From: Macrostomum hystrix
Lineage: Eukaryota > Animalia > Platyhelminthes
Assembly (NCBI GenBank): GCA_950097015.1
Contig: CATNEN010000003.1
Coordinates: forward strand, 7,564,001-7,628,000
Length of the DNA stretch: 64,000 nt
Reading direction: 5' to 3'
A program made the position numbers and the translations under genes. The number at the start of each line of letters is the position of its first letter. Within the stretch, counting starts at the first letter, position 1. The notes beneath the pieces are model-generated. The model ran no database searches and was not told the DNA's origin. It saw only the letters and a list, made by a program, of their open reading frames with translations. This document shows, in pieces, positions 1 to 11,400 of the stretch.

Positions 1-798
1 CATCACCTTAGAAGTCAACAATCGGGGCAGCTACAAGCGACGCAGAAGCGCATCTCCGCCACGGCTCCGTTGGCTCAGCTGATGTCGCGTCCAGCCACAA
101 GAGCAGTCGCCCTCACCGTCTGGTCCGTGTTCGCCATGGTCAGCTTCGGCTATTACGGTCTGTCCCTCGGCTGGAGCAATTTCAATCTTGGCACATCGAC
201 GAAGTCGCCTTTCATCGCAATGACACTCGGCGGCTGCGCCGAAGTCGCCGCTCGTCTATTGGGCACAGCGTGCGGACTTCGCCTTGGTAGAGTTCGCCTA
301 CTTTCTGGCTCCATGGGCCTGGGTGGCCTTGCTCTTGTGCTGACAGCCGCTATGCGGCACAGTTTTCAGCTGCTCGAAGGTACAGGCATCGCCCTGGCTT
401 TAGCTGGTAGATTCGGCCTACTTCTGGCTTTTGAACTGATCTGGCTGTACGCCAGCGAGGTGTTCCCGACGCCAGCCAGAAACTCGGCAGTCGGGGTAGG
501 ATCTACCGCGGCTCGAATCGGCGGAGTTCTGGCACCGGAGTTGAAGCTGCTGAGCAGCTTGTGGACTCAGCTGCCCCTAACCGTGTGCGGAGTTGTCAGC
601 CTCGCCGGTTGCTGCTTGGCGGCTGCGCTGCTGCCGGAAACTCGCGGAATTTCGGCGCCGGACACCATCGATGAGGCGGAGCAGATCATGCTGAATGGTC
701 GCGGCCGGGGATGCTTTGGCGACTGCCGCTGTGGCAAGGGTAGAAGCGATGCCGACGAAGGCATGAGAAGTCGTCGAGTTTCTCAGCTCACAGCTTAG
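1..798 (+). CDS. SLC22 / organic cation transporter-like MFS protein, 3' part (5' end lies outside the window)
   Basis: Frame open from base 1 to TAA at 798. Motifs FGYYGLSL, RLGRVR, LYASEVFPTPARNSAVG...AARIGGVLAP and LLPETRG...PDTIDE are typical of the C-terminal half (TM7-12) of SLC22 proteins. Confidence 0.88.
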   Translation, partial: HHLRSQQSGQLQATQKRISATAPLAQLMSRPATRAVALTVWSVFAMVSFGYYGLSLGWSNFNLGTSTKSPFIAMTLGGCAEVAARLLGTACGLRLGRVRLLSGSMGLGGLALVLTAAMRHSFQLLEGTGIALALAGRFGLLLAFELIWLYASEVFPTPARNSAVGVGSTAARIGGVLAPELKLLSSLWTQLPLTVCGVVSLAGCCLAAALLPETRGISAPDTIDEAEQIMLNGRGRGCFGDCRCGKGRSDADEGMRSRRVSQLTA

Positions 799-2268
799 CT
801 CTTCATGATTAACTTCATGTGTAGTTCAATTTAGTTTAATTCATTTAATTCAGATGATGGACTTTGACGAAAATCGGTCATTAGTCTGGAAGCCATCGTA
901 AAGTAGACACTGCAGGTATAATTTGAAATACCCACGTGGTCCTTGTACTTTTACAGACAAAACCAGATACCAATACGAGCTATAGATTGCTAAATAGCTA
1001 TTGGACATCAGAAATCAGTCTCATTAGCTCAATTTATTGCCATTCTCTATATTTGCTTGCTTTTGCTTTAATAAACACACTTCATTTTGATTTCTATGAA
1101 ACTACTGGTTGTTTCAAGTCAACTTATAAGAACGAACTATATTTTTTTATTACCCAATTCGTGGGAATAAGTCTGAAAGTAAGTTTTGGATCAGTAAATC
1201 GCTCCTTAATTCGAACAGATGAGCAATAAATAGTTTACTTTAGAAATAAATGAACTGAAATAATCAAAAGTTATAAATACAGATAATTAGTCACACTGAA
1301 CTGACTCCATTTAAAACGTAAATTTTTTCCTTTTGAAAACCGGATCACATGGTAAAACGTAGGTTTTGTCTGTGATAATTCAAAAAAGACTGCACAGTAT
1401 AACACTGAATAAAAATACTGTACAGATTAAAAGGTTTCAGTGCAACAAAAAATAATAATGAAACTCTTTTTTTCCATGAAACCTAATATACAAGAATATG
1501 GACAGCTATATTGTTTGACTGCCGTTGCCGTTAAAATATTGACAAAATGAGAATAATAACTTACTTAAAAAATACTGTATAAACACAGGATAAAGATGTC
1601 GTTCAAATTAAAAAGATTCAGTGCAGAAAAAACTGACCCTTAAAAAGTTTCAACTTGTAGTGTTACAAAAGAAGATCAGAAAAAAAATTTGTCGAGTTTA
1701 TGAAAAAAATATTAACAAAAATATACTTTACAAACAATCGGAAAAATTTGGGCGCCGTTGCAAGTTTCTATAATAAAAGAAAATCATTTAGACAAAAATT
1801 TAGCTCGTATTAAACTTGCGCAAGCTTTTGTTAATGATATACGCAAGCCACAAATATAAAAATCAGAGCTTTTTTCTAACACATGCATTAACGAGATCCT
1901 CATTAATAAACATAACGGAACTTTAGAATTATTTTTATTTAGCTAAATTTTACTTGTCTGTTAAGTTATTTTTTTTCTTCAATTAAAATAAATAGCAAAA
2001 ACTTTTACTAATACTTTATAACTGACAAGATATATACCAACATTTTCCCTAATCAATTAATACAGCTTGGTTGATTTAATGATTTGAATATTTTCATGAA
2101 ACAGAATATACAGGAATATGGATCGCTATAAATTGTTTGAGTGCCTCAGATCTTGCCGTTAAAATATTGGCAAAATGAAGCCGTTCGTGAAGCCGTAAAT
2201 TGTGAAATTTTGTTAGAGTCTTGTAAAAGGAATCGTCCGTAAAGATCATTGCAACTGCAGTTCACATT

Positions 2269-4350
2269 TTACTTCTTCTTGTTTTCGGTGAAGAACGACA
2301 TGATTTCCATCGGCAGCGGGAAGATCACGGTGGAATTCTTCTCAGCCGAGATGGTGTTGAGCGTCTGCAGGTAGCGGAGCTGCAGCGCCGCCGGCGACTC
2401 GCTCATAATGTCGGCCGCCTCCTTCAACGAACGCGAGGCCTTCTTCTCACCTTCGGCGGCGATCACCTAAGCATGTTAATTGAGGGTTTCGGGCAATGGT
2501 ACATCATTTCGGTACAAGACGTGCAACCAGCGAGGAGGCATTTCTGCTGCTGACTCTCGAGCACATGCACACAGATACTGTACGCAGGCATACGCTCACA
2601 CAGGTGTGTACGCGGCTGCGCCCTAAAACAGTGTGAACTCGCCGTGGAATTGAGCTCAGGCTGACCTTGGTGTCACAGGAAAACGCGTTAACCGCTCTGC
2701 CACTTACCTCTCCCCGATGGGGTAGCAAATCTACCGTTCTTCAATATCTATAGTCTTATTTTAGGTCTCGTTCTGCAGTGACTAATCACAGTGTCTAATC
2801 TGATTAGATTGTTGGTTGCAAATGAACAACCAAGGAATTTATAAAGTGTTTTGTCTGCTTGCGTTTATTGACTTCCAAGCAGTAGATGCAGTGAAGAGTA
2901 AATACAGTGCATGTACTTGCAAACAAGTAGAAGATTGAGGATCTCACCTTTGCATTGGCCTCGCGATTAGCTTCCGCTTCTGCAGCCATCGCGCGTTGCA
3001 TTTGAGTTGGCAGGCGGACATCCTTACTGTCAGGTATTTAATTAAGTGACTACGATGTTAAAATTTTGGATATTCTACAGGTACTAATTATACCAACGCT
3101 TACACTTCCACTCGCTCCACCTTAACTCCCCAAGGATCAGTGGCCTCGTCTAGTTGAGCCTGTTGGTAGATTAAGAGGAACAAAGCGAATTTTTATGGGA
3201 TTCGAGTTCTCCGTAATGAATCAGATATCATATTAGAAAAGGACGTTGTGTGCTACCTAAATGCAAACTCTATGCGTCAGAAAACATATAATTTGTTTTC
3301 ATACCCGTAACCCCGTATCCATAGACACTCACCAGCATGGCATGGCTAACAGCCTCTCTCTCGGACAGGATGTCCGACAGATTCTTAGTTCCCAGGACAT
3401 TGCGCAGAGTTGTCTGGGCCAGAAATCTGGTTGATGTGTCCACATCGGCCACATTCTTCACGGACATGATGGGGCTGAAGATTCTGTAGTAGACAACGGC
3501 ATCGACCGTCACTGTCACAGAGTCGCGTGTCAGAATCTGGGGAATTTTGTGCATGCGATTTCAGCTTATGAACCTCACCAAAGAAGTCTAGCCCACAATG
3601 AGCTGGCTAAATGAGCTGACTAACCTCCTGCGGTCTGATGTCGAACATGATGGTGCGCAGGTCCACCTTTCGCAAACTGTCAACGCACGGGATGATGAAG
3701 AACAGGCCGGGTCCTTTGGGCCTGCCGGACACAATGCGACCGAGGCGGAAGATCACGGCTCTCTCGTATTCCGTCACAATCTGACGATGGAATTTGTTTT
3801 ACTAGCAACTACTTCAAGCTTTTTCGTACTTATAGTAGTATAATAAAGATTTTAAGTTAGTGCATTTTTAATAACAATGCTGGAGAGACTAATAGGAAAT
3901 TGTAACGAATGCAAAGAGTAACGAATGCAAAGAGTAACGAATGGATAGAGTAACGAATGGATAGAGTAACGAATGGATAGAGTAACGAATGGATAGAGTA
4001 ACGAATGGATAGAGTAACGAATGGATAGAGTAAAGAATGTATAGAGTAAGGAATGGATACAGTAACTAATATACAGAGTAACATATAGATAGAATAACGA
4101 ATCGATAGAGTAAATAATGGATTGAGTAACGAACGTATAAAGTAACGAATTGATTGAGTAGCTCTGACGTCAAAGAAATCAATAAAGTGTGTATCCCCAC
4201 CTTGATGCACATGAATATTGACACTGGAAAAGTGCAGGCTATCAAGATCATGGAAATGATGATCAAGATGCCACCGCAGATGCCAACTCCGGGCTCAGGC
4301 TCATCCACATCGGCCCGACGGTTCTGCTTTTCCACCGTGCTGAGATCCAT
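2269..4350 (-). CDS. Stomatin / band-7 (SPFH) protein, 6 exons: 4350-4201, 3780-3625, 3536-3333, 3159-3104, 3026-2948, 2466-2269 (about 280 aa)
   Basis: GT-AG introns join in frame. Stomatin motifs: [116 protein letters not shown]. The start codon is assumed. Confidence 0.95.
2530..2710 (-). mobile_element. SINE family A, internally deleted copy in stomatin intron 5
   Basis: Matches the SINE-A blocks ccagcgaggaggca, ctcacacaggtgtgtac and aacgcgttaaccgctctgccac. Confidence 0.8.
3903..4150. repeat. 16-bp minisatellite (AGAGTAACGAATGGAT) in stomatin intron 1
   Basis: Directly visible tandem units that degenerate to the right. Confidence 0.9.
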
Positions 4351-5164
4351 GCGATACGGCCGCGAGTCTTTAAAACAGAAGACTGTTGCTGAAAGTATTC
4401 TAACTTGTTCTGTATTCTGCAACCTGTTCAACTGCTAATCAAAGCTATAACTGCATGTATAAATACTGTCGGTAGAAGACTGCCGTGACTAAATTTAATG
4501 GTCATGCAGTTGACTAAAGCATGACTGTTTCTAAGATTAGATATGAGACACACGTAAAATGCAAGATTTAGTCGCGTGTGTCGATTTCGTCCACCAGTGA
4601 AGTACGAGTTTGCACAGATTTAGATCTCAGGCACACAGAGCAGTAGTCATGTAGCTGTAACTCAGACCTGTTTATTAATATCGAATCCAAATATCTGTGT
4701 AAGATTGCAATCGACCCAACGACCCGCAGTTCACCTTAATCGCACTGCAATGTGTACCCAGTCATGAGCAATGTCAAATAGTTGAATTCTTTATAGTGCT
4801 ATTAGGCAAATCATGGACACATGTGCTGCTAACACGCCAAGGAGTTATAATGCTTCAGATTCGGAATAAATTCGACAACTGATATGTGCTTTATCATTTA
4901 AATCAAGTTAGCTTCAACGAAATAGAATATTTTATGGCAACTGAGACAGTATAGCTGCTTACACAAGCAGACAGAATATATGTCTGTTTAGTACTGTTTC
5001 AATTTAGCATACGGCAAACATCGCTAGTTTACTAGGGCCTATAAATATGCTTATAATCTAAATGTGAACCGCTTGAAAGTGAATCAAAGCTACATCAGAC
5101 GCACTGGTTCAAAGCCCGAATAATAATAACAATAATGATAATTGCTAAATGATAATGATCAATG

Positions 5165-5505
5165 ATAGGTGTGCGGGCAATGGCACATCATTTGGTGACA
5201 CTAGACCCGCAGCCAGCGAGGAGGCAATTCTGCCCATTTGGCTGACTCCTACACACACGCACACAGATACTGTACACAGGAATACGCTCACACAGGTGTG
5301 TACATCTGCCCTGACTTTCTCACCGTCAGGCAGTGTACACTCTCACTGTGCGTTGGAGGTTGGCCCTCAAGTGCGTAAATTGCACGACAAGCCCCCAAGC
5401 CTTCTCTCCGCGGCTGCGCCCCAAACGAATGTGGCCTCGCCCTGTTATCGAACTTAAAGACCTTGGTGCGAGAGGCAAACGCGTTAACCGCTCTGCGACC
5501 GACCC
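5165..5505 (-). mobile_element. SINE family A (tRNA-derived, about 340 bp), near full length
   Basis: Minus-strand head with Pol III A-box-like and B-box-like motifs, conserved body and a simple-repeat tail. About 14 copies or fragments occur in the window. Confidence 0.85.
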
Positions 5506-6596
5506 CTTTAGAGCCCGAAACTCAAGCCGAGTTTGTTTAAAAAACAAATTATGTTTCAAGTCATTTCTAATCAAAAAAAGTTAAAATTGAAATCGTGGGG
5601 CAAATGCCAAAATTTTTATTTCGTTAACTAAAAGGTAATAAATAGATGCCTTTCCGAGCTCATTTCGCTGAAAAATAACCTTTATCGAAAGGGGAATAAT
5701 CATCTTCTACATATCAATTTGGACATATGAATGTTCGAAGGGGGGAACGCATAAGTGTACATAGGGCAGGCACAACGCGAGATTTCACCAATGTCTATGG
5801 CAAAGCACAGCGCATTCAAGGCAGCAGTGAAGCGCCTACTGAGTCAGCCAAATGCTCGACAACAGGAGCCAGGAGCTGTCTTTCCATTCCCAATCTCACC
5901 GCCAAGCACTGGAGGATAATGGTCTTACAGCGCTGCATGTGGTGTCGAGGCTGTGGATGCCAGCAAAACTGTGGCGCGTGGTGTATCAGCACGCTCTGCG
6001 TTACATTCCCAAGTGCTTGGCGATAGAAGACACTGTGGGATGAGATAATGGACCATCGTGTTCGTTATCATGGACTTTGTTCCCATTCATACGAGAAAAA
6101 TGTCTATGTTCGTATATTGTAACGTGTTCGCATGAATTGGTACCGTACATTCAGTGTGCAGCTTTGTTAACATAATAAAATAAACGTTAAAATCCAATCG
6201 TTTTCTCGATATGATGGTATAGCGATTGTGTCTAGTTTCGTTTGGGCCACAAACGATTGCGTCGACGGAAATTGTGAAATAGGAAGTGAGCATTTGAATT
6301 ACCCCCGTGATCTTCAGCTGATATCTTAATTCCGTTTTCAATTCGCATTTTTCGCTCGAAACGTTTAGTCTATGGCCATGATTTGGCTTGCGCCATGTGG
6401 AAAATGCCTATGACCAAGGACAACTTAATAACTTGAAAGCCATTATAAGGCTTCAGCAACGTATTATGGTATAAACGATCACTCAGCGATAATGGCATGT
6501 CTATGGCACAAACTGCGCCAATCCGCCATGAGCCAGAAGCTGACAAAATTTGGACGCTTATATTTGTTTCTTTTAATTATCATTTAAAGGATTTTA

Positions 6597-6850
6597 CCAA
6601 CCGGTAAAAGCATTATAAGGCTTCAGGCCATAGACAAATCAACTCCCCCTATAACGCCGTTGCTTGTCGACCGACAGCCGCCAGATAGCGTTATAGGGGG
6701 AGTTGATTTGTCTATGGCCTGAAGCCTTATAATGCTTTTACCGGTTGGCTGCCTCGCAGTTAATGGCGATTACGATCTCGGCGCTACGCGCCTCGATCGA
6801 CCGCCATTAACTTGCTCGGCACCCAACCGGTAAAGTTCCATTATTGAAGC
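6597..6850. repeat. Perfect 61-bp inverted repeat (6597-6657 / 6688-6748) with an adjacent second hairpin; probably a non-autonomous DNA element
   Basis: CCAACCGGTAAAAGCATTATAAGGCTTCAGGCCATAGACAAATCAACTCCCCCTATAACGC and its exact reverse complement, separated by a 30-nt spacer. Confidence 0.85.
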
Positions 6851-7094
6851 CTACCTACCGGCCTCGACGCTAAGGCAGTTGTGTGTGAAGCGTGACCTCT
6901 CGACAAGGACTTCTATATAATAGCATCTATTATATAGAAGTCATTGCCTCTCGATAATCATACATTGTGTCCAAATTGAATGCCCGCTGTCCCAAATAGA
7001 AAGCCAGCGTGTGGGTTTCTACCATAGACAGACTGTGCAGAGTGGAATGAGGGGGTTTCTAACTCATTTCCAAACTGAACGCAAAAATCTATAA

Positions 7095-7290
7095 TTTTTG
7101 GCGCAGCCGCATAGAGAAAGCTTAGCAGACACTTGTCGTGCAATTTGCGCCCTTAAAGGCCAACCTCCAAGGCACAGTGAGAGTGTACACTGCCTGACAA
7201 TGAGAAAGTCAGGGCAGATGTACACACCTGCGTGCGTGTACAGCTCAGGAATCCGTAAATGGGCAGAATTGCCTCCTCGGTGGCAATGTA
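7095..7290 (+). mobile_element. SINE family A, partial copy
   Basis: Contains ggcgcagccgc...gtgtacactgcctgacaatgagaaagtcagggcagatgtacac...gggcagaattgcctcctc. Confidence 0.8.
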
Positions 7291-7833
7291 CCAGTGGCCA
7301 CAGCCCTTCTGCAAGTATTGATGGCAAATAAAAGTAACAACGGTACATTTATTATGATGAAATGATTTGAACAAGCTTCTTCAATTCTAACATAACATAG
7401 CTCGTGTATATTTTGTTTGATAGTTTTTTACATGAGGAACTATTACTATACATGATCTCCAAAAAAACACATGATTTTGGGATATAGTTCATTGAAGTGC
7501 GCAGCTGCTGTGCTTGAGTAGATCGAATAGATATAAAAAATAAAATTCGCATTTTTTCTGTCATGTATCATAGTGCAGCTTACAGCTGAGTATAGAAAAA
7601 ATTACTTGAGCAGTTTAGGCAAACAGAACAATGTCAAGGTAAATAAGTAAGATTTTAGTTTTAAAACACGAGTTACTCGACAAAGGTGGAGGTAAAAACA
7701 AAATTATTTCAATAGATTTCAGCGATCTAACCCAGCTGCACTTTCAGAAGCTGTGTACTGTGTACAGAAGCTGCGGCTGTTCAGTCCGCAGACTGAGAAT
7801 CGAACTCCCGACAACTCAGTGAAAAATCCGAAG

Positions 7834-8368
7834 TCAGCGAATTAACAAGCCCGCAGTCGGTTGCACTTCGTCAGATCTGCCAACACCGCCACCGACTCCG
7901 CCGCTGCCTTCAGCGGCTCCGCCACCATTTTTCTGACGTCGTGTGGCAGCAGCGGCTGCAGCCGGAGCAGCAGCCGAAATGATTGACAGGCCGGCATAGC
8001 CTGCTGCTTGGGTTGCGGTCGGTTGAATGTTAGATGCCGAGAAGCTTACGTAAGGAAATAGCTGCTGCTGCTGCTGCTGTTGCTGTTGCTGCTGCCTCTG
8101 CTGCTGCTGCTGTTGCTGAATCAACTGTTGCTGAGCAGTAACTGGAAGAGGTGCCGGGATCATTCTGCTCATTGGCTGGCGATGACTGTACTGGCCGAAA
8201 CGTGGCGGTCCTGGACGGTGGTAGTACATAAATTGTTATCGTAAATGTATACTTTACTAGACTACAATGGACTTTGTCTAATACTTAGAGCTTCGAAATG
8301 CAAGCTTACCAAATGCACCGCCTCTTGATCGACCAGCGGACAAAGGCATTGGGAGCTCTGGAGCATGT

Positions 8369-8400
<32 letters not shown>

Positions 8401-11400
8401 CAGATAGGACGGCTTCTGACTAGCGGCCAACAACGGTGGAACAGTTGCAGGTTGATAACTGCCGTGCTGCTGCTGCTGATGCGGATGCTGTAATCGCAGA
8501 CTCTGATAAGACCCAGACCTTTGCAGAATATGCTGCTGCTGCTGCTGCTGCTGAAGTTGTCCTGTAGTAATCAGACCCGAGCCAAACTTGCTCGCCGATA
8601 ATTCGTCATTGTAGGAAGATCGCATTGTCGACTGGTTGGTTGTTTGTCCATTGTTACCATAGATACTGCTGCCAGGCAAGGTAACTGGATAGCTGGTTGG
8701 TATCAACGCCATGGTGCCAGCTGTACAGTGCAGCATTCGATAGACCAGCTCCACCACCCCCATGCCGCGCACCAGGCTGTCTCTCTGCAGCAGTCCCGAG
8801 AGGCGCTCGATTTCTTCTTCGTCAACAATGGGCGTCGGCAGACTGGTGTCGGCGACTGGCTCCGGAGCGGTCTGAATACGAGTATTGCTAATCTAATGGG
8901 ACAAGTCAGGAGAAAATTGACGCGACTTTAGAGAACAGTTTTAGAAAAATTACTTACGCCGGCACCGGCTCGTCGGTCAAGTCGTTGTCGCCCCTGCTGC
9001 TGTGAGCGTCGCTGCTGCTGTCTGGAGCCCGGGCCCTGCTGTTGACGCGGTCTCTGTCGTTGCCTCTGCTGATAGTGCTCCGAATCTGGGCTCTCTGGCC
9101 TCACTGGCATCTGCCGTACGCCTCCGCCGCCGCCTCCGCCGCCACCACCACGTTGAGGTCCCTTCAATAGTTGAATCTTCTTCTCGATCTCTTCGCGTTG
9201 CTGACGAGCACAGTCGGCCCGAGCCTTGGTCGCGGCCGTCTCTTGATAGAGCGAAGCGGCCTGAATGAAGAACCGATTGTAACGATCGTTGGCCGCGCTG
9301 CTGGTGGACGGATAGATGCGCCGGTAGTTGCCCAGGTGTTCGCTCTCGTAGCGTTCCTGGGCTTCAGCGAAGCGAATCGCTTCCCTCTCCAGCTCCTCCC
9401 TGGTGGAAGTTTTTTTTAATTAGGACACTTTTTAAAGCGTCATGCAACGATTTTTGTTGTAGAGTAAAATCAGAGTAGAGTAGAGTAGAATGGTCTGTCT
9501 TGGGGTGAGTGGCTGAGCAGTTAACGCGTTTCCCTCTCGCACCAAGTTCCCTGAGATCGTTTCCGCGACGAGGCCACATTCATTTGAGGCGCAGCGGCGT
9601 AGAGAAGGCTTGGGGGCTTGCCGTGCAATTTATCCCCTTGAGGGCAAACCTCCAATGCCCAGTGAGAGTGTACACTGCCTGACGATGAGAAAGTCATGTA
9701 CACACCAGATGTACACACAGATGTACACACCTGTGTAAGCATGTGCCTGCGTACACTCTCTGTGTGCATGTGTGCTCAGGAGTCAGCGAAATGAGCAGAA
9801 TCATGTGGCATTACCCGATGTCCTCCTGCGATTATCAATACCAAATAGGTTCTGTTGAGTAGAGTCGATTGAGGTTGGCCTGAATATTGGATGTTGTGTT
9901 TCAAACGGAAATTTTTGAACAATTTTGTGTCCAAAATCTAGAACTGAATAAAACTGGACTGTCTTGTAGCGCTTAAGACCCTACTGAAAGTAATATGGAT
10001 GCGAATCAAACAAAATCTCATAGTTATTTCAGTAAAAATTAGAAATTCATTGTTTGGTGAAAGAACTTTAGTTGACAAATAAATACATTGATTTTTATTA
10101 CGCTGAAGTCGTGACGACACCTCAAACCACGCGTGATTTCGGTTCACGGAGCGTATTTTTTTAAACAAACCTATATTTTCTCTTTGAAATTTTTCTGGAA
10201 GCAATTAAATCAACAAGATATTCTTTATAGTTTTGAAGTTGGAAAAATATATAAACTGCGTGTTTATTTGTTGTAGCACGCTTAAATGTTTAGATACCTA
10301 CCTCTAACGGGTCGTTTACAGTAAAAAAGTCCATGCTATTTCTACCCCTTTTGAAAGACTACAGGTGTAGCCCTTTTCATGGCGATTGGTTCAATATTTT
10401 GAGAGATGCAGAAAAAAAATGTGTGTATTTGAAATACTTTCTTCTGTTAAACAGATAATTAACGAGTTCCTGAAGCCTACCTGGCCTCTTTCTTGTTACT
10501 CCTCTGGAACAGTCGTTCTCGAATTCTTCTCTTCTCGTCTTCGATAGCTTTCTTCTTGTCAACGGCGCCAATGTTGATCAGATGCAAGGTGTCCCAGATC
10601 AATGCCTCTTTGATGTCTTTGTCTAAGCGAGAGTCCGTTGTGAATGACGGGCTGTGATTTACCTGTGGATTCGTTTATTTAGCACCGCGACAACACTTGT
10701 AGATTGAAGTTTTGGTATACTAACACAGCCAATCACAACTCAATGAGGTTCCATTGGTCCATTTGACGTATATAGACACAGCCAATCACAACTCACTGAG
10801 GTTCCATTGGTCCATTTGACGTATTTAGACACAGCCAATCACAACTCACTGAGGTTCCATTGGTCCATTTGACGTATTTAGACACAGCCAATCACAACTC
10901 ACTGAGGTTCCATTGGTCCATTTGACGTATTTAGACACAGCCAATCACAACTCACTGAGGTTCCATTGGTCCATTTGACGTATTTAGACACAGCCAATCA
11001 CAACTCACTGAGGTTCCACTAGTCCATCTGACACATACAGACACAGCCAATCACAACTCACTGAGGTTCCATTGGTCCATTTGACGTATTTAGACACAGC
11101 CAATCACAACTCACTGAGGTTCCATTGGTCCATTTGACGTATTTAGACACAGCCAATCACAACTCACTGAGGTTCCATTGGTCCATTTGACGTATTTAGA
11201 CACAGCCAATCACAACTCACTGAGGTTCCACTAGTCCATCTGACACATACAGACACAGCCAATCACAACTCACTGAGGTTCCATTGGTCCATTTGACGTA
11301 TATATACACCAGGGGTACACCACCATGGATTTGGGAAGGGGTACACAGCCAATCAAAGCAACTGGCAGATCTATTTATTAGTTAACATTTTACGCATGTG

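Noticed and set aside
5149-5584. Recurrent ORFs such as 'SGSVHSHCALEVGPQ'
   Set aside because: Incidental reading frames of SINE-A, not conserved as intact ORFs between copies.
5940-5990. YTTRHSFA (tyrosine-recombinase-like motif) on the minus strand
   Set aside because: Flanked by stop codons, with no other catalytic motifs. Probably chance.
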